Part shown: positions 11,783 to 24,243 of the stretch, in pieces
Numbering within the stretch: the first letter of the stretch is position 1
Layout of the letters: each line of letters begins with the position of its first letter
Source of the DNA: Chiloscyllium plagiosum
Lineage: Eukaryota
DNA length: 43,743 bases
Direction: 5' to 3'
NCBI RefSeq assembly: GCF_004010195.1
Contig: NC_057719.1
Coordinates: 1 to 43,743 of the forward strand
Position numbers and translations under genes: made by a program
Notes under the pieces: model-generated
What the model saw: only the letters and a program-made list of their open reading frames with translations
The model's database searches: none
What the model was told of the DNA's origin: nothing

Positions 11783-12075
11783 CACGGTGGCACAGTGGTT
11801 AGCACTGCTGCCTCACAGCGCCAGAAGACCTGGGTTCAATTCCCGCCTCTGTGTGGAGTTTGCACATTCTCCCCGTGTGTGGGCTTCTTCTGGGTGCTCC
11901 AGTTTCCTCCCACAGTCCAAACAAATGTGCAGGTTAGGTGAATTGGCCACGCTAAATTGCCTGTAGTGTTAGGTGAGGGGGTAAATGTAGGGGAATGGGT
12001 CTGGGTGGGTTGCTCTTCAGAGGGTCGGTGTGGACTTTTTGGGCCAGTTTCCACAATGTAAGTAATCTAATCTAA
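11783..12075 (+). mobile_element. HE1-type SINE
   Basis: CACGGTGGCACAGTGGTTAGCACTGC head and GTAAGTAATCTAATCTAAT tail. Confidence 0.9.
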
Positions 12076-13275
12076 TAACAAAAATTTAAAGTGTGATGTA
12101 ATTGAAATCATATATTGAAAAAGACCTGGATTGTTCATAACCACCTGATGAAGCAGCAGCACTCCAAAAGCTAGTGCTTTCTAATAAACCTGTTGGACTA
12201 TAACCTAGTGTTGTGTGATTTTTAACTTTGTATTCCCCAGTCCAACACCAGCATCTCCGAATCATGTATACCTCTCATGATTTTGTAGACCTCAATCAGG
12301 TCCCCCCTCAATCTTTGTCTTTCAAATGAAAATAATCCTAATCTATTCAACCTCTCTTTATTGCTAGCGCCCTCCATACCAGGCAACATCTTGGTGAACC
12401 TCCTCTGCACCCTCTCCTAAGCATCCACATCCTTTTGGTAATGTGGCAACCAGAACTTTACATAGTATTCTAAATATGGCTGAACCAAAGTCCTCTACAA
12501 CTGTAACATGACGTGCCAGCTCTTGTACTCAATACCCCATCCAATGAAGGAAAGCATGCCATATGCCTTCTTGACCACTCTCTCAACCTGCAATGTCAAA
12601 GTCAGGGAACAATGGACCTGAACACCTAGATCTCGCTGTAGGTCAATTTTCCCCAGGGCTTTTCCATTTACTGTATAGTTCGCTCTTGAATTGGATCTTC
12701 CAAAATGCATCACCTCACATTTGCCTGGATTAAACTCCATCTGCCATTTCTCTGCCCATCTCTCCAATCTATCTATATTCTGCTGTATTCTCTGACAGTC
12801 CCCTTCACTATCTGCTACTCCACCAATCTTGGTGTCATCTGCAAACTTGCTAATCAAGCAACTGATAGTTTCCCCCAAATCATTTATATATATCACAAAC
12901 AAAAGAGGTCCCAGCATGGATTCCTGTGGAACACCACTGGTCACAGGTTTCCATTTTGAGAAATTCCCTTCCACTGCTACTCTCTGTCTCCTTCTGCCCA
13001 GCAGTTTTCTATCCATCGAGCTACAACACCGTGCACCCCATGCGACTTCACCTTCTTCATCGGCTTACCATGGGGAACCTTATCAAACGCCTTACTAATG
13101 TCCATGTATATGACATCTACAGCCCTTCCCCCAGCAATCAATGTTGTCACTTCCTCAAAGAATTCTATTAGGTTTGTAAGACATGACCTTCCCCACACAA
13201 AACCATGCTGTCCATTACTTTCACCACACCTCAGCATACACAGAGGAAAACCATCATGTTTTCTGCTTTACTTAC

Positions 13276-13433
13276 AAGCCTTTTTAAATGGTGATGTCAC
13301 TTCAATAATTTCTTGAACCTTTAGGGCTTCAACAGGAGTTCTGCCACTCCTCCACAGTTTAGGCCAGGTACTTTTTCCATGGAAGAGATAATGTGGCCTC
13401 ACAATGCTACTGTGTGCCAGGAGGTTCTTAAGT
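13276..13433 (-). CDS. NOXRED1: NOXRED1-like internal coding exon C (158 nt)
   Basis: Acceptor ttgtctttttccctcag|, donor |gtaagt. The only open frame is (R)LKNLLAHSSIVRPHYLFHGKSTWPKLWRSGRTPVEALKVQEIIEVTSPFKKA, resembling NOXRED1 RLKLLLNHTNILRPQY...ATCPY. AG from exon B plus A completes an Arg codon. Confidence 0.9.
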
Positions 13434-13545
13434 CTGAGGGAAAAAGACAAAGCAGTATCTTTATTTAAGTAAGTACAAAAATCACATAAATGAGAGAGTT
13501 ATTCAACAAGTTCAAAATCAAGGGTTTTAACAGAGTAATTTAGAA

Positions 13546-14246
13546 TTTGTGTTGCAGACGTTTCGTCCCCTGTCAGTGCTTGGGAGCCTCCTGTGAAGCG
13601 CTTCTGTGATCTTTCCTCCGACATTTGTAGTGGTTTGAATCTGCCGCTTCCGGTTGTCAGTTCCAGCTGTCCGCTGCAATGGTCAGTATATTGGGTCCAG
13701 ATCGATGTGCTTATTGATTGAATCTGTGGATGAGTGCCATGCCTCTAGGAATTCCCTGGCTGTTCTCTGTTTGGCTTGTCATATAATAGTAGTCTTGTCC
13801 CAGTCGAATTCATGTTGCTTGTCATCTGCGTGTGTGGCTACTAAGGATAGCCGGTCGTGTCATTTCGTGGCTAGTTGGTGTTCATGGATGCAGATCGTTA
13901 GCTGTCTTGCTGTTTGTCCTATGTAGTGTTTTGTGCAGTCCTTGCATGGGATTTTGTATACTACATTGGTTGTACATGCCCAAAACGTCGATTCTCCTGC
14001 TCCTTGGATGCTGCCTGACCCAATATACCGACCACTGCAGCAGACAGCTGGAACTGACAACCGGAAGCGGCAGATTCAAACCACTACAAATGCTGGAGGA
14101 AAGATCACAGAAGCGCTTCACAGGAGGCTCCCAAGCACTGAGGATGTCACGTAGACAGGGAACAAAACGTCTGCAACACAAATTCCCAGCTCGGTGAACA
14201 GAACCACAACGAGCACACGAGCTACAAATCTTCTCACAAACTTTGA
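13546..14246. mobile_element. PLE family C insertion with inverted termini, GIY-YIG remnant, 14-bp target duplication
   Basis: AGAGTAATTTAGAA at 13532-13545 and 14247-14260. Arms ~13546-13697 and ~14017-14185 are inverted. Minus strand encodes NVVYKIPCKDCTKHYIGQTARQLTICIHEH. Damaged hammerhead at 14135-14174. Confidence 0.88.
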
Positions 14247-14289
14247 AGAGTAATTTAGAAGTCACTATTGCCAATGGCAGCAGGACCAA

Positions 14290-14540
14290 TGAAATTACAG
14301 ATTACTGAGCAAAGGCAGGAGATGAGATGAGAAGAATTTTTAATTCTTTTTATTGTATTAAGTTTTTATGATCTGGAATGAAAGTACAGAAATTCACACC
14401 ATTAGCTTCCAAAAGGAATTTGGATAAGTATTTTAAAATGACAAAAATTGCAGGGCTATGGGAAAAATCAAGGGTTTAGTAAGAACTGGATACATTCTAC
14501 AGAGTCAGCACAGGCCTGACGGGCCAAATAGCCTCCAGCT
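14290..14540 (+). mobile_element. Highly degraded CR1 3' end
   Basis: Weak similarity to other CR1 3' UTRs in the window (aaaaggaatttggataagt...gggctatggg...gggccaaatagcctcc). Confidence 0.5.
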
Positions 14541-15257
14541 GAAGATCTCACATCAGATAATGATCAGATATCTAAGGTCATTTGCAACTCCTGATAATGC
14601 AGTGTGACCTTGGGTTCGGTTGCACTCATTTCATCCATGCTGCCCTCTCAGGCCCCATGGTCCATGACCTCCAGTTCACCCAGAGTTCTGCTCCCACATC
14701 CTCTTCCACTTATCCTTCCCTCACCAAACACATCTCCAATGGTTCCCAGGGCCCCTGCACCCCGCCCCCCAAAAAAATATGGATTTCAAAACCCTTCTCC
14801 CAATCACTTAATTATCTTCTGAACCAAACCGGCTCTGTCCTCCTCCAGGACTGTTCCATCTGCCTCTACAAACATGGCCTCATGGAGGTCCACCCTCACT
14901 CCATTCTTGTACAGATGCTATATGAAGCTCATCCTGTACCCTGGGTCTCTTTCCTCAAACTCTTCTCCATCATTTTGGCTGCATTGTCCAGTACATATCA
15001 GTGTATGAATTATGAAATGCTTTGGCCACAGATGTTCTGAATAGAAAATTCATAATAATGTATTTGCTCATGTCCACACACCTTGTTGTCACTGAAATAC
15101 TAATCTCAGTCTATGAGGTGTCTCAAAGCCATGGCCAGAATGATGCAAAAGGAAGATAAAAGATATTGTATGGAATGACTCCAGTTAGCTTTATAGCATC
15201 TTCAAAGTGCCCAGTTCAGGAAGGAATGGCGTAAATCAACCTGATTGAAGATAAAAA

Positions 15258-15465
15258 TTAGCTGCAGGCTCCTCTCCAAACCATGCACCATCCAAATTTG
15301 GAAATATACTGACCATTCTTACACTGTTGCTGGGTGGAGGTCCTAGAACCCGCTCCCTAACAGCACTATGGGTGTACCTCTAAACACATTCACTGCAATG
15401 ATTCAAGAAGGTGATCACCATTACATAATGAAGGGCAGTTAGGGCTGGGCAATAATTGCTGGTCT
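15258..15465 (+). mobile_element. 3' end of a second CR1/L2-type LINE family
   Basis: Similar to 18620-18800 and to the reverse complement of 30485-30745 (ccctaacagcactatgggtgtacc...ttcaagaagg...gggcaataa). Confidence 0.6.
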
Positions 15466-15506
15466 GTAATATAGAATTCCCATTCTGATGTAAGCAGGGG
15501 ACTGAC

Positions 15507-15687
15507 CTTGCTGCAGGCACTGCAGTTACAAGACTGTACACGATGCAGGATTCAGCAATGCAGCCGTGAATCTGAGAAGAAACAGCTGACAGATGAGATG
15601 GTAGACAGCAGAGAAACATCACGTCCACTGAGGCTGCCAGTCGTTTGTTGTCATAAAAACACTTGATTCCCAAATCTGAGAGGTCAC
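15507..15687 (-). CDS. NOXRED1: NOXRED1-like internal coding exon B (181 nt)
   Basis: Acceptor ctcctttctttcag|, donor |gtcagt. It reads (S)DLSDLGIKCFYDNKRLAASVDVMFLCCLPSHLSAVSSQIHGCIAESCIVYSLVTAVPAA(R), resembling NOXRED1 LGIKCFYHN...DVIFLCCLPSQL...IVYSFVAAIPLPR (from memory). Phases fit both neighbouring exons. Confidence 0.93.
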
Positions 15688-16139
15688 CTGAAAGAAAGGA
15701 GTTGACATGTTGTTACAAAACAGGCTTTGGATGCTGAAGGCAATTCAATCCATTGGATCTCACCAAGCTAGAACCTAACCCTACGATCTTTTTATTCAAC
15801 TGTTTTCAACTTAATCCAGTGTAGTGTGCCAGATTTTCACCTCACCACACTATGCAGACTTGTGTTGTGCATAAATAGCAGGATACAGTGTCGCAATTTA
15901 AAATTTATCTGCCCTTTCTCCACAGATAGATCTTTTTCGGGGCATTTAATAATCTGTTGCCAATGGAAAGACTATTGATGTTTCCCTGATGTTGCTTTTT
16001 TCCCTCAAAAGTTACTGATCATTTCCTGATTGCTGTGTGAACCATGCAGGTTGCTGGCCAAAGTGTTCCAGCCAGCTACAAAACTGGCAATGTGAAAAAT
16101 GCAGGACAAATCCAACTCAGACAATTACCAGCTAATCAG

Positions 16140-16826
16140 TTGTTTAGCAAGTGACATCAAAATTGGAGGTGTGGTGGACAGCCAAAAAAGTTACCTCAGA
16201 GCCTTAATGGAACCTTGATCATGTGGGCCAATGTGCAGAGGAGAGGCAGAATGGAGTTTAACATAGATACATGTGAGGTGCTGTATATTAGAAAGGCGCT
16301 TCAGAGCAGGACTTATACACTTAATGGTAAGGTCCTGGGGAGTGTTGCAGAACAAAGAGACCTTGGAGTGCAGGTTCATAGTTCCTTAAAAGTACAGACA
16401 CAGGTGGACAGGATAGTGAAGAAGGCATTTGGTACGCTTGCCTTTATTGGTCAGTGCATTGAGTATAGGAGTTGGAATGTCATGTTGCAGCTGTACAGGA
16501 CATTGGTTAGGCTACTTCTGGAATACTGCATTCAATTCTGGTCTCCCTGCTATAGGAAGGATGTTGTGAAACTTGAAAGGGTTCAGAAAAGATTTACAAG
16601 GATGTTGCCAAGGTTGGATGGTTTGAGCTATAAGGAGAGGCTGAGCCTGATTTCCCTAGAGAGGCCTTAAAGAAGTTTATAAAATCATGACGGGCATAGA
16701 AAGGATGAATAACCAATGTCTTTTCCCCAGGATAGCGGAGAATTAGATGAATTTAGGAGATCTGGTTGGCATGGATGAGTTGGACCAAAGGATCTGTTTC
16801 TGTGCTGTACATCTCTATGACTCTAT
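16140..16826 (+). mobile_element. CR1 LINE 3' fragment
   Basis: [31 protein letters not shown]; tail CTCTATGACTCTAT. Confidence 0.9.
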
Positions 16827-16941
16827 CAGCAAAGTGGGTTGTTAACATTACCAAGAAGCACTTGTTCAGCAACAACCTGCTCAGTGATGCTCATTTGGAT
16901 TATGCCACAAACACTCAGCTCCTGACTTCATTATAGCCTTG

Positions 16942-17730
16942 GCAGATGAGGTTTAATGTAGAGAAGTGTGAGGTGATACACTTTAGTTGGAAGAACATTG
17001 TAAGACAATATAAAATATGGGGGACAATTGCTAAGGGGTGGGGTACATGAGGATAGGGATCTGGAGTATATTTGCACAGATGATTGAAGGTGGCAGGACA
17101 GGTGAAAAGAGAAATAGGCAAAGCAGACAGTGACCTAAGCTCTATGAATCAGGGCACAGAGTACAAGAGCTGACACTGACATTGTATAAGACCTCAACTG
17201 GAATATTGTGTGCAGTGAGGGCACCGCATGATAGGAAAGATGTGAATGCATTGGCAAGAGTGCAAAAGTGATTAACAAGAAAGGTTGCAGGAATGCGTAA
17301 CTTCAGTAATGAGGATTGATCGAAGAAGTTGGGACTGTACTCCTTGGAGAAGAGAAGGTTAAGAAGAGATCTGGCACAGGTTTTCAAAATCATCAGTGGA
17401 CAGGGAGAAACTGTACCCATGTGTAAAAGAAACAAGAATGAGAGGGATTGATTTAAAGTGATCTGCAAAAGACATAAGAGTGATGTCAGAAAAAGCTTTC
17501 TCACATAGTGAGTAGACAGGATATGGAATGCAATGCCTGAAAATGTGGTTGAGGCAGTTTCAATTGAGCCATTCACAAAGATATTGGAACATTATTTTGA
17601 TAAACGTAGTGTACAAGGGTATGTGGAAAAAGTGGTAGATTGGCACCAGGTGTCAATGCATATTTAACAAGCGGGTGCAGACATAATGGAGCAAATGGCC
17701 TCCTTTTGGACCAAAATATTTTGGTGATTC
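16942..17730 (+). mobile_element. Older CR1 LINE 3' fragment
   Basis: WQMRFNVEKCEVIHF...LEYCVQ...; degenerate 3' UTR. Confidence 0.8.
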
Positions 17731-18927
17731 TGTCGTCCAAACAAAGACCAAAAAGCTGAATTCCAGAGGTGAGGTTAGAGTGGAGTGACAGTCTTTGACA
17801 TCAAGAAAACATTTGATTGAGCATAAAGGAGACTGAGCAAAACTGGAATCAATATGTATCAGGGACAATCCCTCTGCTGGGGTGAAGTCAAACTGACACA
17901 AAGGAAGATGGTTGTGCTTGTTGAGGTCAGTCATCTCAGCTCCAGGACATCTCTGCAATGAAGTGTCCTAGGCCTAACCATCTTCAGTTGCTTCATCAAT
18001 GACATTCCCCACATCATAAGGTCAGAACAGGGATGTTGCTGATGATGTTCAGCACCATTTGTGACTCCTCAGTTACTACAGCAGTCCATGTTTGAATGCA
18101 GCAAGACCTGGACAATATCCAAGCTTAAGCTGACAAGTGTCAAGTAACATTTGCATCACCTACAAGAGATAACCATTTTTCCTTGACATTCAATGGCATT
18201 ACCATTGCTAAATACCATAGTATCAACATCCTGGGGGGTGAGGTTATGATTGACTAGAAACTGATCTGGACCAGTCAAATAAAACTATGGCTACAAGTGC
18301 AGATCAGAGACTCTGAATTCTGCGTTGGTTAATTCACCTCCTGTCCACCATCTACAAGGCACAGGTCAACACTGCAAGGGAATACTCCCCACATACCTGG
18401 AAGAGTGCAGCTCCAAAAGAAGCTCGATACCATCCAGGACAAAGCAGTCCATTTGACTGCTCCATCCATCATCCTCAATATTCATTCACCATCAATACAC
18501 AACAGGAGCAGTGTATCCAATCTGCATGAGGTTCTGCCACAACTCTCTAAGGGTCCTTTGGTAGCACCAGCCAAACCCATGACTTCTGTGGAAAGGGAAG
18601 CAGATGCAAGGGAATACCAATATCTGCAAGTTCCACTCTAAACCACACATCATATTGATGTGACTATTTCTTCACTGCTTGCAAGCTCAAAATCCTTGAT
18701 CTCCCTTTCTACCAGCACTGTGGGTGTACACCACCACATGAACTGTAGTGGTTCACCTTTTCCACGCAAATTAAGATGGGTAACAAATGCTGGCTTAGCC
18801 AGTGATGATCACATCCTGCGAAAGAATAATCAATAGTGAAGTCAATTCATGCATCTTGGGGAAAACCTGGTGCAGAGTTGGAAACCTTAAGACTGTTAAG
18901 TTGAATGGCATAATGTAATGGTATATG

Positions 18928-20015
18928 ATAGAGTCATAGAGTCATAGAGATGTGCAGCATGGAAACAGACCCTTCAGTCTAACCCGTCCATGCTGACCAG
19001 ATATCCCAACCCAATCTACTGTCAGCACCTTGCCCATATCCCTCCAAACCCTTCCTATTCATATACCCATCCAAATGCCATCCACGTACCACTCTGTGTG
19101 TGAAAAAGTTACCCCTTAGGTCTCTTTTATATCTTTCCCCTCTCATCCTAAACCTAAGCCCTCTATTTCCGGAATCCCTGACCCCAGGAAAAAGACTTTG
19201 TCTATTTATCCTATCCATGCCCCTATAAGGTAAACCTCTATAAGGTCACCCCTCAGCCTCCGATACTCCAGGGAAAACAGCCCAAGCCTGTTCAGGCTCT
19301 CCCTGAAGCTCAAATCCTCCAACCCTGGCAACATCCTTGTAAATCTTTTCTGAACCCTCTCAAGTTTCACAACATCTTTCCAATAGGAAGGAGACCAGAA
19401 TTGCAAGCAATATTCCAACAATGGCCTAACCAATGTCCTGTATAGCTNNNNNNNNNNNNNNNNNNNNNNNNNNNNNNNNNNNNNNNNNNNNNNNNNNNNN
19501 NNNNNCATTTATCTGAATTAAACTCCATCTGCCACTTCTCAGTCCATTGGCCCATCTGGTCCAGGTCCTGTTGTAATCTGAGGTAACCCTCTTCGCTGTC
19601 CACTACACCTCCAATTTTGGTGTCATCTACAAACTTACTAACTGTACCTCTTATGCTCTCATCCAAATCACTTATGTCAATGACAAAAACTAGAGGACCC
19701 AACACCGATCCTTGTGGCACTCCACTGGTTACAGGCCTCCAGTCTGAAAAACAACTCTCCACCACTACCTTCTGCCTTCTACCTTTGAGTCAGTTCTGTA
19801 TCCAAATGGCTAGTTCTCCCTGTATTCCATGAGATCTAACCTTGCTAATCAGTCTCCCATGAGAAACCTTGTCGAACGTCTTACTGAAGTCCATATAGAT
19901 CACATCTATCACTCTGCCCTCATCAATCCTCTGTTACTTCCTCAAAAAACTCAATCAAGTTTGTGAGACATGATTTCCCACGCACAAAGCCATGTTGACT
20001 ATCCCTAATCAGTCC
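18928..20015 (-). mobile_element. CR1 LINE 3' fragment (contains an N gap)
   Basis: Tail (ATAGAGTC)n on the plus strand. SGVPQGSVLGP, KFVDDTK, SQHGFVRGKSCLTNLIEFF. Confidence 0.92.
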
Positions 20016-20524
20016 TTGACTTATACATGAGGTATTGCTTTCGGGGGGATAAAATTCATGCTTGGCATGAGTCAAAAAATTGACAAATAAGATCCAGATC
20101 TCTATATACAATAATAAACAACAAAAGGAAAAAGAATTATGACCATTATTGAATATTCATCTACAAAATAACTTTCTCCATTTTGCCTGCTATGGTAGAA
20201 CGGTACAGTCGTACCATATTCCAGTTACCAGTACCATCACTAGTTACCTTGTCTTCCCGCAACAAAGTCAAGGGCTGCCATAACGTACCATAGATATTTG
20301 CATGTACAGGTCAAAAATGTATGTAAATATTACATAAATAAATATATACAGTATAGTTACCAACATTCAATTGAACAATTTGAAAATCACATTGTACAAC
20401 TATATACTGGTGAGTGTAACATGTGATGTCGCAGGTGTTGCATTTGAATCAAAAATGTGGAAATCATTTAAAATGTACCGTTCATACTCATGTATAGGTC
20501 GATCTCATGTATAAGACAAAGTAA

Positions 20525-20558
20525 TTCCTGATGAAGGGCTTTTGCCCGAAACGTCGAT
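20525..20558 (+). ncRNA. Minimal hammerhead ribozyme motif (PLE family A), core intact
   Basis: ttc-CTGATGA-a-GGGC-tttt-GCCC-GAAA-cgTC-gat. Confidence 0.72.
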
Positions 20559-20739
20559 TTTTCTGCTCCTCAGATGCTGCTGTGCTTTTCTAATCTAGAA
20601 TGTGGAAATCATGCTCTTTAAGATTGCAAATATGATCAGGAAGAGACTCCTGAAAAACTAGGGTCAACTTATACATGAGATATATGAAAAATACCAGATC
20701 TTTTGGCCAAAATAAGTGGTCAACTTATACATGAGATCG

Positions 20740-20835
20740 GAGTCGAAAGTGTGGTGCTGGAAAAGCACAGCAGCAACCGAGGAGCAGGAAAATCAATGTT
20801 TTGGGCAAAAGCCCTTCAGCAGGAATCACTTTCGT
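20740..20835 (-). mobile_element. Short PLE family A terminus
   Basis: Matches the family A end. Flanked by CTTATACATGAGATCG at 20724-20739 and 20836-20851. Confidence 0.8.
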
Positions 20836-21469
20836 CTTATACATGAGATCGACCTTTAGATGAGTATAAACGGTACATTTTAAATGATTGATCATAGGGC
20901 TCTGTCCTTAAAAGGTAAGTGAACATTAAATGGACCTATAGTATGTATTCAAATGCATTAAGCTACTTTCTCCAGAGAGTAAAACTAATATATGCGTTCA
21001 ACAGTATTGGGAATCTAATTTAAATTGATCATCCAGCCACTGTTTGTCAAACAAGATTTTGAAGAGATTTGAATAACTAATAGAAGCCAGAGTATGGGAA
21101 TTTTGGGGGAACTTTCAGGATGGGAATTTGAAACTAGAAGTATGCCAAAGGGAACAGTGCATCCTGTCAATGTCCTGTTGCAACCTATAACAACCCTCCA
21201 CACTATCCACAACTCCACTAACCTTTGTGTCATCAGCAAACTTACTAACCCACCCTTCCACTTCTTCACGCAATTCATTTATAAACATCACAAAGAGCAG
21301 AGGTCCCAGAACAGATCCCTGCAGAACATCACTGGTCATCAAGCGCCAGTCTGAATGCTTTCCATCTACTACCACCGTCTGTCTTCTATGGCCAGCCAAT
21401 TCTGTATCCAGAAAGCCAGACTTCTTCTTACTTTCTGAATGATCCTACCATGGAGGTCCTTATCAAATT

Positions 21470-21779
21470 GGGTGGCATGGTGGCTCAGTGGTTAGCGCTG
21501 CTGCCTCACAGTGCCAGGGACCTGGGTTCGATTCCTGCCTTGGGTGACTGTCTGTGTGAAGTTTCACATTCTCCCTGTGTTTGCGTGGATTTCCTCCCAC
21601 AATCCAAAGATGTGCAGGTCAGGTGAATTGGCCATGCTAAATTGCCCATAGTGTTAGGTACATTAGTCAGGAGTATGTAAAGGGTTGGGGAATGGGTTTG
21701 GGTGGGTTACTCTCCGGAGGGTTGGTATGGACTTGTTGGACTGAAGAGCCTGTTCCCACACTGTAGGGAATCTAATCTA
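21470..21779 (+). mobile_element. HE1-type SINE
   Basis: GGGTGGCATGGTGGCTCAGTGGTTAGC (A box), GGTTCGATTCC (B box), tail AATCTAATCTA. Confidence 0.92.
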
Positions 21780-22197
21780 AAAACGTCTTGCTAAAAACCA
21801 TACACACCACATCCACTACTCTACCTTCATCAATGTATTTTGTCACATCTTCAAAGAATTCAATAAGGCTTGTAAGGCATGACCCTGTCCCTCACAAAGC
21901 CATGCTGACTATCTCTAATCAAACAATTGTTTTCCAAATAATCATAAATCCTGTCTCTTAGCATCCTCTCCAATAATTTTCCCACCACCGACGTAAGACT
22001 GGCAGGTCTGTAATTCCCAGGGTTACCCCAATTCCCTTTCTTGAACGAGGGAATAACATTTGCCACCCTCCAATCATCTGATGTTATTCCAGTGGACAGT
22101 GAGAATGCAAAGATCATTGCCAAAGGCGCAACAATCTCTTCCCTCCCTTCCCGTAGTAACCTTGGGTATATCCCTTCTGGCCCAAGGGACTTAACTT

Positions 22198-22440
22198 TCC
22201 TCGTGTTGGAGGAAAGTATAGAGCGGATGTCAGAGATGGGTTCTTTACACAGCGAGTTGTGAGAGCATGGAATGCGTTGCCAGCAGCAGTTGTGGAAGCA
22301 AGGTCATTGGGGACATTTAAGAGACTGCTGGACATGCATATGGTCAAAGAAATTTGAGGGTGCATACATGAGGATCAATGGTCGGCACAACATCGTGGGC
22401 TGAAGGGCCTGCTCTGTGCTGTACTGTTCTATGTTCTATG
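22198..22440 (+). mobile_element. CR1 3' end
   Basis: FFTQRVVRAWNALP, then tail CTGTTCTATGTTCTATG. Confidence 0.88.
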
Positions 22441-22989
22441 TTTAATATCAACCTTTTCGATCATATCAGCCTGTTTCACGTATCAGCTTGTTCCTCACAT
22501 AAGTGTTGAATGCCTAAGGGTTTTCCTTGATCCTACCTGCTAAAGCTTTTTCATGCCCCCTTCTCACTCTCCTAAGTCCATTCTTCAGTTCCTTCCTGGC
22601 TACCTTGTAACCCACTAGAACCCTGTCTGATCTTTGCCTCCTCAACCTAAGTAAGCTTCCTTCTTCCTCTTGACTAGATGTTCCACATCTCTTGTCATCT
22701 AAGGTTCCTTTATCCTTCCATCCCATCCTTGCCTCAGTGGGACAAGCACTCGCAGCAAGTGCACCACTAATCCAGAACCTCCACATTTCTGTTGAGCATT
22801 TCCCTGAGAATATGTGTTCCCTACTTCGGCTCCACAGTTCCTGCCTAATACCAGGATGCGGACAGATTAGGAAAGTGGACAAAGAAGTGGCAGATGAAGT
22901 ACAACATAGGAAAGTGAGAGGTCATGCACTTTGGTAAAAAGAATTGAGGCAGACTTATTTTCTAAATGGGGAGAAAAGTCATACATCTG

Positions 22990-23775
22990 TAGAGTCGAGA
23001 TGTACAGCATTGAAAGAGGCCCATGCCGATCAGTTATCCTAACTTAATCTCGTCCCATTTGCCAGCACATGGCAAAAATGCCTCTAAAACCTTTCCTTTT
23101 CATTAACTCATCCAGATGCCTCTTAAATACTATATTTGTATCAGCCTCCACCACTTCATCTGGCAGCTCATTCCATATACGCACCACCCTCTGCATGGAA
23201 AAATTGCACCTTTGGTCCCTTTTATATCTTTCCCCTCTCACCCTAAACCTATGTTCTCTAGTTCTAGACTCCCCCACCCCAGGGAAAAGACTCTATCCTA
23301 TTCATGCTCCTCATAATTTTACAAACTATATATCCTGTGTTCACATCCAAATAATTTATGTAAATGACAAAAAGTAGTGGACCCCAGCGCCAATTCTTGT
23401 GACACACGATTGGTCACAGGCCTCCAGTCTGAAAAGCAACCCTCCACCACCACCTTCTACCTTTTTCCTTCGAACCAGGTCTGTATCCAAGTGGCTAGTT
23501 CTCCCTGTATTTCATGTGGTCTAACCTTGCTAACCAGTGTACCATGAGGAATTTTGTTGAACGCCTTACTGAAGTTGATATAGATTAAGTTCACCGCTCT
23601 GCCCTCATCAATCGTTTGGTAATTCTTCAAAAAACTCAAACAAGACCATGAGACATGATTTCCCACGCACAAAGCCATGCTGACTGTCTCTAATCAGTCC
23701 ATGCCTTTCCAAATACATGTAAATCATGTCCCTCAGGATTCCTTCTAACAACTTGTCCATCACCAATGTCAGGTT
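22990..23775 (-). mobile_element. CR1 3' fragment with internal deletion
   Basis: 3' UTR plus INFSKAFNKIPHG; same subfamily as 18928-20015. Confidence 0.85.
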
Positions 23776-24243
23776 TGTAATAAAGGAATGCCTGTAAGTA
23801 TAGTTTACTTTAATCTGGATCTAGATTGGGCAAATCAAATTAGTAACAATAGTGCAAAGAGACCTGGGACTTTGAGTCCAGGATTCTCTCAAGGTAAACT
23901 TGCAGGTTGTGTCAGTAGTTAGGAATGCAATGATGGCATTTAATTTGAGAGGACTTGAATATAAAAGCACAGATGTAAATCTCAGACTTTATAAGACTCT
24001 GATCAGACCACATTTGGAGTATTGTGCGCAATTTTGGGCCCCATATCTCAGGAAGGATGTACTGGCCCTGGAGCAAGTTCAGAGGAGGTTCACAAGTACG
24101 GTCCCAGGAAATGAAAAGCTTAACATATGAGGAATGTTTGAGCACTCTGCGTCTATACTTGATGGATTTTAGAAGGATGAGGAGGGATTTAATTGAAACA
24201 TACAGAATACTGAATGGCCTGGACAGAGTAGATATTAGGAAGA

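Larger units (their letters stand above)
11671..12257. mobile_element. PLE family B fold-back insertion (inverted termini) containing an HE1 SINE
   Basis: Arm 11671-11760 (AAAGTTAAAAATC...TTCATCAGGTGG) is the reverse complement of ~12141-12229, followed by a one-sided tail to ~12257. CCTCTCA occurs on both flanks. Confidence 0.8.
11405..13210 (-). mobile_element. CR1 LINE 3' fragment (RT C-terminal half), interrupted at 11671-12257
   Basis: [54 protein letters not shown]. Confidence 0.9.
16040..18820 (+). mobile_element. Old LINE of the second (CR1/L2-type) family, split by two CR1 insertions
   Basis: Remnants at 16040-16140, 16827-16940 and 17735-18820: SVLGLTIFSCFIND, QQDLDNIQA, TIYKAQV, KKLDTIQDKAVHL. 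Confidence 0.7.
20016..20873. mobile_element. Remnant of a Tc1/mariner-superfamily (pogo/Tc2-like) DNA element, rearranged by PLE insertion and duplication
   Basis: Repeated subterminal motif ACTTATACATGAG (~20019, 20667, 20723, 20836) and terminus ...ATGAGTATAAACGG|TA at 20873-20875. Confidence 0.6.
21159..22850 (-). mobile_element. CR1 LINE ORF2 fragment interrupted by HE1 (21470-21779) and a plus-strand CR1 3' end (22198-22440)
   Basis: QGSVLGPLLF, KFADDTK, NYRPASLTSVVGK, RIKENP. Confidence 0.88.

Noticed and set aside
14600..14980. Possible L2 remnant and 152-aa ORF
   Set aside because: Too degenerate to assign; the ORF has no recognisable motif or splice support.
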